Shown: positions 48,493 to 51,465 of the stretch, piece by piece | Layout of the letters: every line of letters starts with the position of its first letter | How positions within the stretch are numbered: the stretch's first letter is position 1 | Source: Theionarchaea archaeon | Lineage (GTDB): Archaea > Methanobacteriota_B > Thermococci > Methanofastidiosales > SZ-28-30 | Reading direction: 5' to 3' | Length of the DNA stretch: 51,465 nucleotides | NCBI GenBank assembly: GCA_018992565.1 | Contig: JACVGW010000011.1 | Coordinates: 1 to 51,465, forward strand | Made by a program: the position numbers and the translations under genes | The notes under the pieces: generated by a model | What the model saw: the letters and a program-made list of their open reading frames with translations, nothing else | Databases searched by the model: none | What the model was told of the DNA's origin: nothing

Positions 48493-50370
48493 ATGAGTCA
48501 ATGCAGTCTGTGTGGTGGAGAAATTCTGGATCGAAGTGATTCCCGCTACTGTGTTCATTGCCATGCTACGTTCCACAGAAGCTGTATTATTGATCATTTC
48601 TATCGAAACAAGTACTGTCCAGTCTGCAACAAGAAAATGTCCCTACTCTTTATGCGGTTCGGTGAACCTCCTCAGTCCACAACAAAGAAGAGATCTCTCC
48701 CTCATGAGATCAGAAAGCCAAAATGGCCCCAGCTTGAGAGAAGGACAGAGGTTCCTGTTTTTGATATTGACATTCCCACAGGTCCTCTGAAACGCACAGA
48801 CAAATACATACCAAAGGCCAGAGGCAAGCGTCAATTCAAGCTCCCAAAGAAATTACCCACCAAGTTCATAGGAATTATTTTCATTTTGGCTATTATCGGA
48901 GCGGGTGCTTACTACGGGAGAGGTTATCTCCCTACAGGGAGTGGAACCCAGGAAGAACAGCCCTCTGCATCCCCCTGGACTGTCGAATGGACCTATCCTC
49001 TGGAAGGTATTACCGACCTGGCTGCCTCCTCTGAGGGCATCGTTGTGGGCAGCAGACAGGGGCTCGTGATATTCGCTGTGGATGGCTCTGTCTTGTGGCA
49101 GAAAGAAGGCGAAATCACTGATGTGGACATGAAGGGCAGTATTATTGCAGCCACCAATAGGGGGTACATTGAGTTGTACACTGTGGAAGGGAAGGAACTG
49201 ATGCGATATGGCGAGGGAGTCTCAGACTCAGTTTCTCTCTCCAATCTCCAGATTGCAGCAGCAGGTTCTTCGCAAGGTGGGATTACTTTTGTTGACACAG
49301 ATGGAAATGTGCTCCAGATAATCGAAACTGGTCCAGTATCCAGTGTATCCTTCTCCCAGAATAGTGAAATGACAGCATACCGACAGGAAGGAACAGTATA
49401 CGTTCTCGATATTCTGGGAGATGTCATGTACGCCTTTGATGACCAGGGTTCTGCAGAGAATCGTATCACCCTCCTTTCCCGCGGTAGGGTATTCACGCAA
49501 GCAGGTCAGAATGCCTTCCTTTATGATGGAGAGACTGATTCTGTGCTGTGGAGTGCCGAAGTGGGGACATGTGTTGCAGGTCTGGCTGTTTCAGACGACG
49601 AAGAGACCTTTGGTGTATGTGGCCAGAAGGCAGCGTTATACAATAGCTCAGGGCAGGAAATATATACATTACCAAAGGGGAGCTGTGGACGCATTGCTTT
49701 TGTTAATCAGGACGTCGTCGTATCAGATTCCAATACAGTCTATTTCCTGCACTACACACAACCTACATCTACATCTCCTGAGGAAGAGAGCGAGAAGCAG
49801 CCAGAGGAATCAGGAGAACCAGGAGAACCAGGAGAAGAGCCCACTGCAGAACCGGGTGCATACCAAGACTGGTTTACCTGGTATCAGTCTTTCTTGTCCA
49901 CTGAGGGCAGTTCTGCAACCTATCTCATTGAGGTCAAAGAGGGAGAAACCGTCTCTACTATGGAAATCAACTTCAAGATTGAAGGAAAAGAAGAGAGGAC
50001 TATTATTGAATCCTTTACCATCATTATCAAGACCCAGGAATCAGAGCTCAGCAGCACATTCAAGAGGTGGATTGGACCAGATGGAACCTGCCTGAAAGCT
50101 GAAATGACTATCGACAGTACCAGCACCGCAATAGACTGCAGTAAGACTACCATTCAAGGAGTCGACCTCAGAGAAATTCTTACCTTTGCAGACAAGGTTT
50201 CCTACGTGGGTCAGGAAGAAGTGACAGTGGCCAGGGGCACATTCATGTGCCAGAAGCTCGAATATGACACCGGGGATGGGGTCATAACGCTGTGGATTTC
50301 AGATGGAATGCCCCCCATCAAAGTCACATTGCAGCAGGGAGAACGGCTGATTACCATGAGCCTTGAATAA
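48493..50370 (+). CDS. Bitopic membrane protein: N-terminal RING/PHD-type (C4HC3) zinc finger, TM, beta-propeller, acidic linker, beta-rich C-terminal domain
   Basis: CSLC-x12-CVHC-x4-HRSC-x10-CPVC; TM near aa 125-143; W-ended propeller repeats; EEVTVARGTF.C. Confidence 0.75.
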   Translation: MSQCSLCGGEILDRSDSRYCVHCHATFHRSCIIDHFYRNKYCPVCNKKMSLLFMRFGEPPQSTTKKRSLPHEIRKPKWPQLERRTEVPVFDIDIPTGPLKRTDKYIPKARGKRQFKLPKKLPTKFIGIIFILAIIGAGAYYGRGYLPTGSGTQEEQPSASPWTVEWTYPLEGITDLAASSEGIVVGSRQGLVIFAVDGSVLWQKEGEITDVDMKGSIIAATNRGYIELYTVEGKELMRYGEGVSDSVSLSNLQIAAAGSSQGGITFVDTDGNVLQIIETGPVSSVSFSQNSEMTAYRQEGTVYVLDILGDVMYAFDDQGSAENRITLLSRGRVFTQAGQNAFLYDGETDSVLWSAEVGTCVAGLAVSDDEETFGVCGQKAALYNSSGQEIYTLPKGSCGRIAFVNQDVVVSDSNTVYFLHYTQPTSTSPEEESEKQPEESGEPGEPGEEPTAEPGAYQDWFTWYQSFLSTEGSSATYLIEVKEGETVSTMEINFKIEGKEERTIIESFTIIIKTQESELSSTFKRWIGPDGTCLKAEMTIDSTSTAIDCSKTTIQGVDLREILTFADKVSYVGQEEVTVARGTFMCQKLEYDTGDGVITLWISDGMPPIKVTLQQGERLITMSLE

Positions 50371-50465
50371 CCACATAATAACCACACAACCTATAATCAC
50401 CAGGCAATACATGAGATTACAGTCAAGTCACAGTCCACGCCGGCTATTTCCCTTTCACGACAAAA

Positions 50466-50693
50466 CTACAGGCTTCTGGGTGCCAGATACACGACATTTG
50501 CGCCTCTAATAACAATGTACCCGATCTTCCGAAACACTTCGTCATCGGCAAGTTCTTCTGTATCCGCCATTACCAGGTTGAGATGCTGGTCATATCCTTT
50601 AAGAATGCCACGGAACACTCTGTTGCCCCGGAGCTCTACCAGGACGTTTTTTTCAAGGGAACCATGAATGAGGTCAAGCGGTTTTTCTGCCAT
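50466..50693 (-). CDS. Sm-like (LSm) archaeal RNA-binding protein
   Basis: PLD.I..SL.K.VLV.L, G.L.GYDQHLNLV, IRGANV. Confidence 0.95.
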   Translation of the reverse strand: MAEKPLDLIHGSLEKNVLVELRGNRVFRGILKGYDQHLNLVMADTEELADDEVFRKIGYIVIRGANVVYLAPRSL

Positions 50694-50918
50694 AGTTATT
50701 CACCAGTTTGTAGTTTTTGCAGTCCTTTATATATGTTTGCATTGGGGGTTCTTTAAGCCATTTCTCGCTTTTACCTGTTCTCGTGGATTCCAAATTGCTG
50801 TAATCCATCAAAAAGTGTACACAAAAGCGCACAGAAGGACTTCACAGATTCAAACTCTCCTTGCGGTCTTGAGCGGTCCTGTAACAAACCTTTTAAAGCG
50901 ATAGTAGTATGACACCTC

Positions 50919-51465
50919 ATGTCTGAAGAGTTTATCTTGTGGTTTGATGAAATTGGTATGGAAGATGTACCGCGTGTGGGAGGTAAGTCAGCTTCACTGG
51001 GAGAAATGACAAAAACCAAAGTTCCTGTTCCCTTTGGATTTACCACCACAGCCGCAGCATACCAGTACTTCATTACCCAAACACATTTGGAATCCGTGCT
51101 TGAGGAGACATTGTCTGAATTAAAAGACCCTGAAGATACCAAGACCCTCCAGAAAGTGGGGAAGAAAATCAGGGAGGCTATCCAGAAAGCGGATATGCCA
51201 GAAGCGTTGAAAAAGGTCGTTAAAGAGACTTACAAAGAATTGACTGCAAAATACCAGAAAGAAGGAGGCTCTGGAGAGCCCTATGTGGCCATTCGTTCTT
51301 CTGCGACAGCGGAGGATCTGCCTGATGCTTCTTTTGCAGGCCAGCAGGAAACATACCTGAACGTGGTAGGTGCCCAGGAAGTGGTGGAGAAGATACAGGA
51401 ATGTTTCGCATCTCTCTTTACTGACCGTGCCATCTACTACAGGATACAGAAAGGGTTTGAACACA
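50919..51465 (+). CDS. ppsA: Phosphoenolpyruvate synthase, 5' part truncated by the window end
   Basis: MSEEFILWFDEIG.EDV..VGGKSASLGEM, VPVP.GF, AIRSSATAEDLPDASFAGQQETYLNV, ASLFTDRAI.YR; TATA at 50891; not in the ORF track. Confidence 0.93.
   Translation, partial: MSEEFILWFDEIGMEDVPRVGGKSASLGEMTKTKVPVPFGFTTTAAAYQYFITQTHLESVLEETLSELKDPEDTKTLQKVGKKIREAIQKADMPEALKKVVKETYKELTAKYQKEGGSGEPYVAIRSSATAEDLPDASFAGQQETYLNVVGAQEVVEKIQECFASLFTDRAIYYRIQKGFEH

Noticed and set aside
50371..50465. rpl37e downstream of the Sm gene
   Set aside because: No room and no matching ORF

Overview
This is a gene-dense archaeal chromosomal window. Archaeal markers include TgtA, Alba, Cdc6/Orc1, Sm, an F420 reductase and BRE/TATA promoters with many apparently leaderless genes; a Thermococci-related uncultured euryarchaeote is a tentative inference. 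Most genes are housekeeping or metabolic (tgtA, glnA, tdh-kbl, cdc6, albA, rnz, nadC, npdG, ppsA), mixed with several large secreted or membrane-anchored repeat proteins. The highlight is a RiPP-like biosynthetic cluster at about 28.1-33.75 kb. It contains a 41-aa precursor absent from the ORF track (31120-31245; YKPP leader, two N-[T/S]-C-S-N-G repeats), a PqqD/RRE protein, two radical SAM/SPASM enzymes, an HprK-related kinase, a nucleotidyltransferase and an embedded Hanks-type Ser/Thr kinase. The organisation resembles the SynChlorMet (Scm) cassette. Other notable items are a possible Kiwa (KwaA-like) defence gene at the left edge, two tandem LysW-like proteins lacking the canonical C-terminal Glu, a membrane-anchored RING/PHD-type protein with a beta-propeller, and a solo Cas4-like nuclease. 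No rRNA, tRNA, CRISPR array or transposase was recognised. There is a 100-N assembly gap at 28159-28258. All family assignments come from motif recognition by eye, not from database searches.
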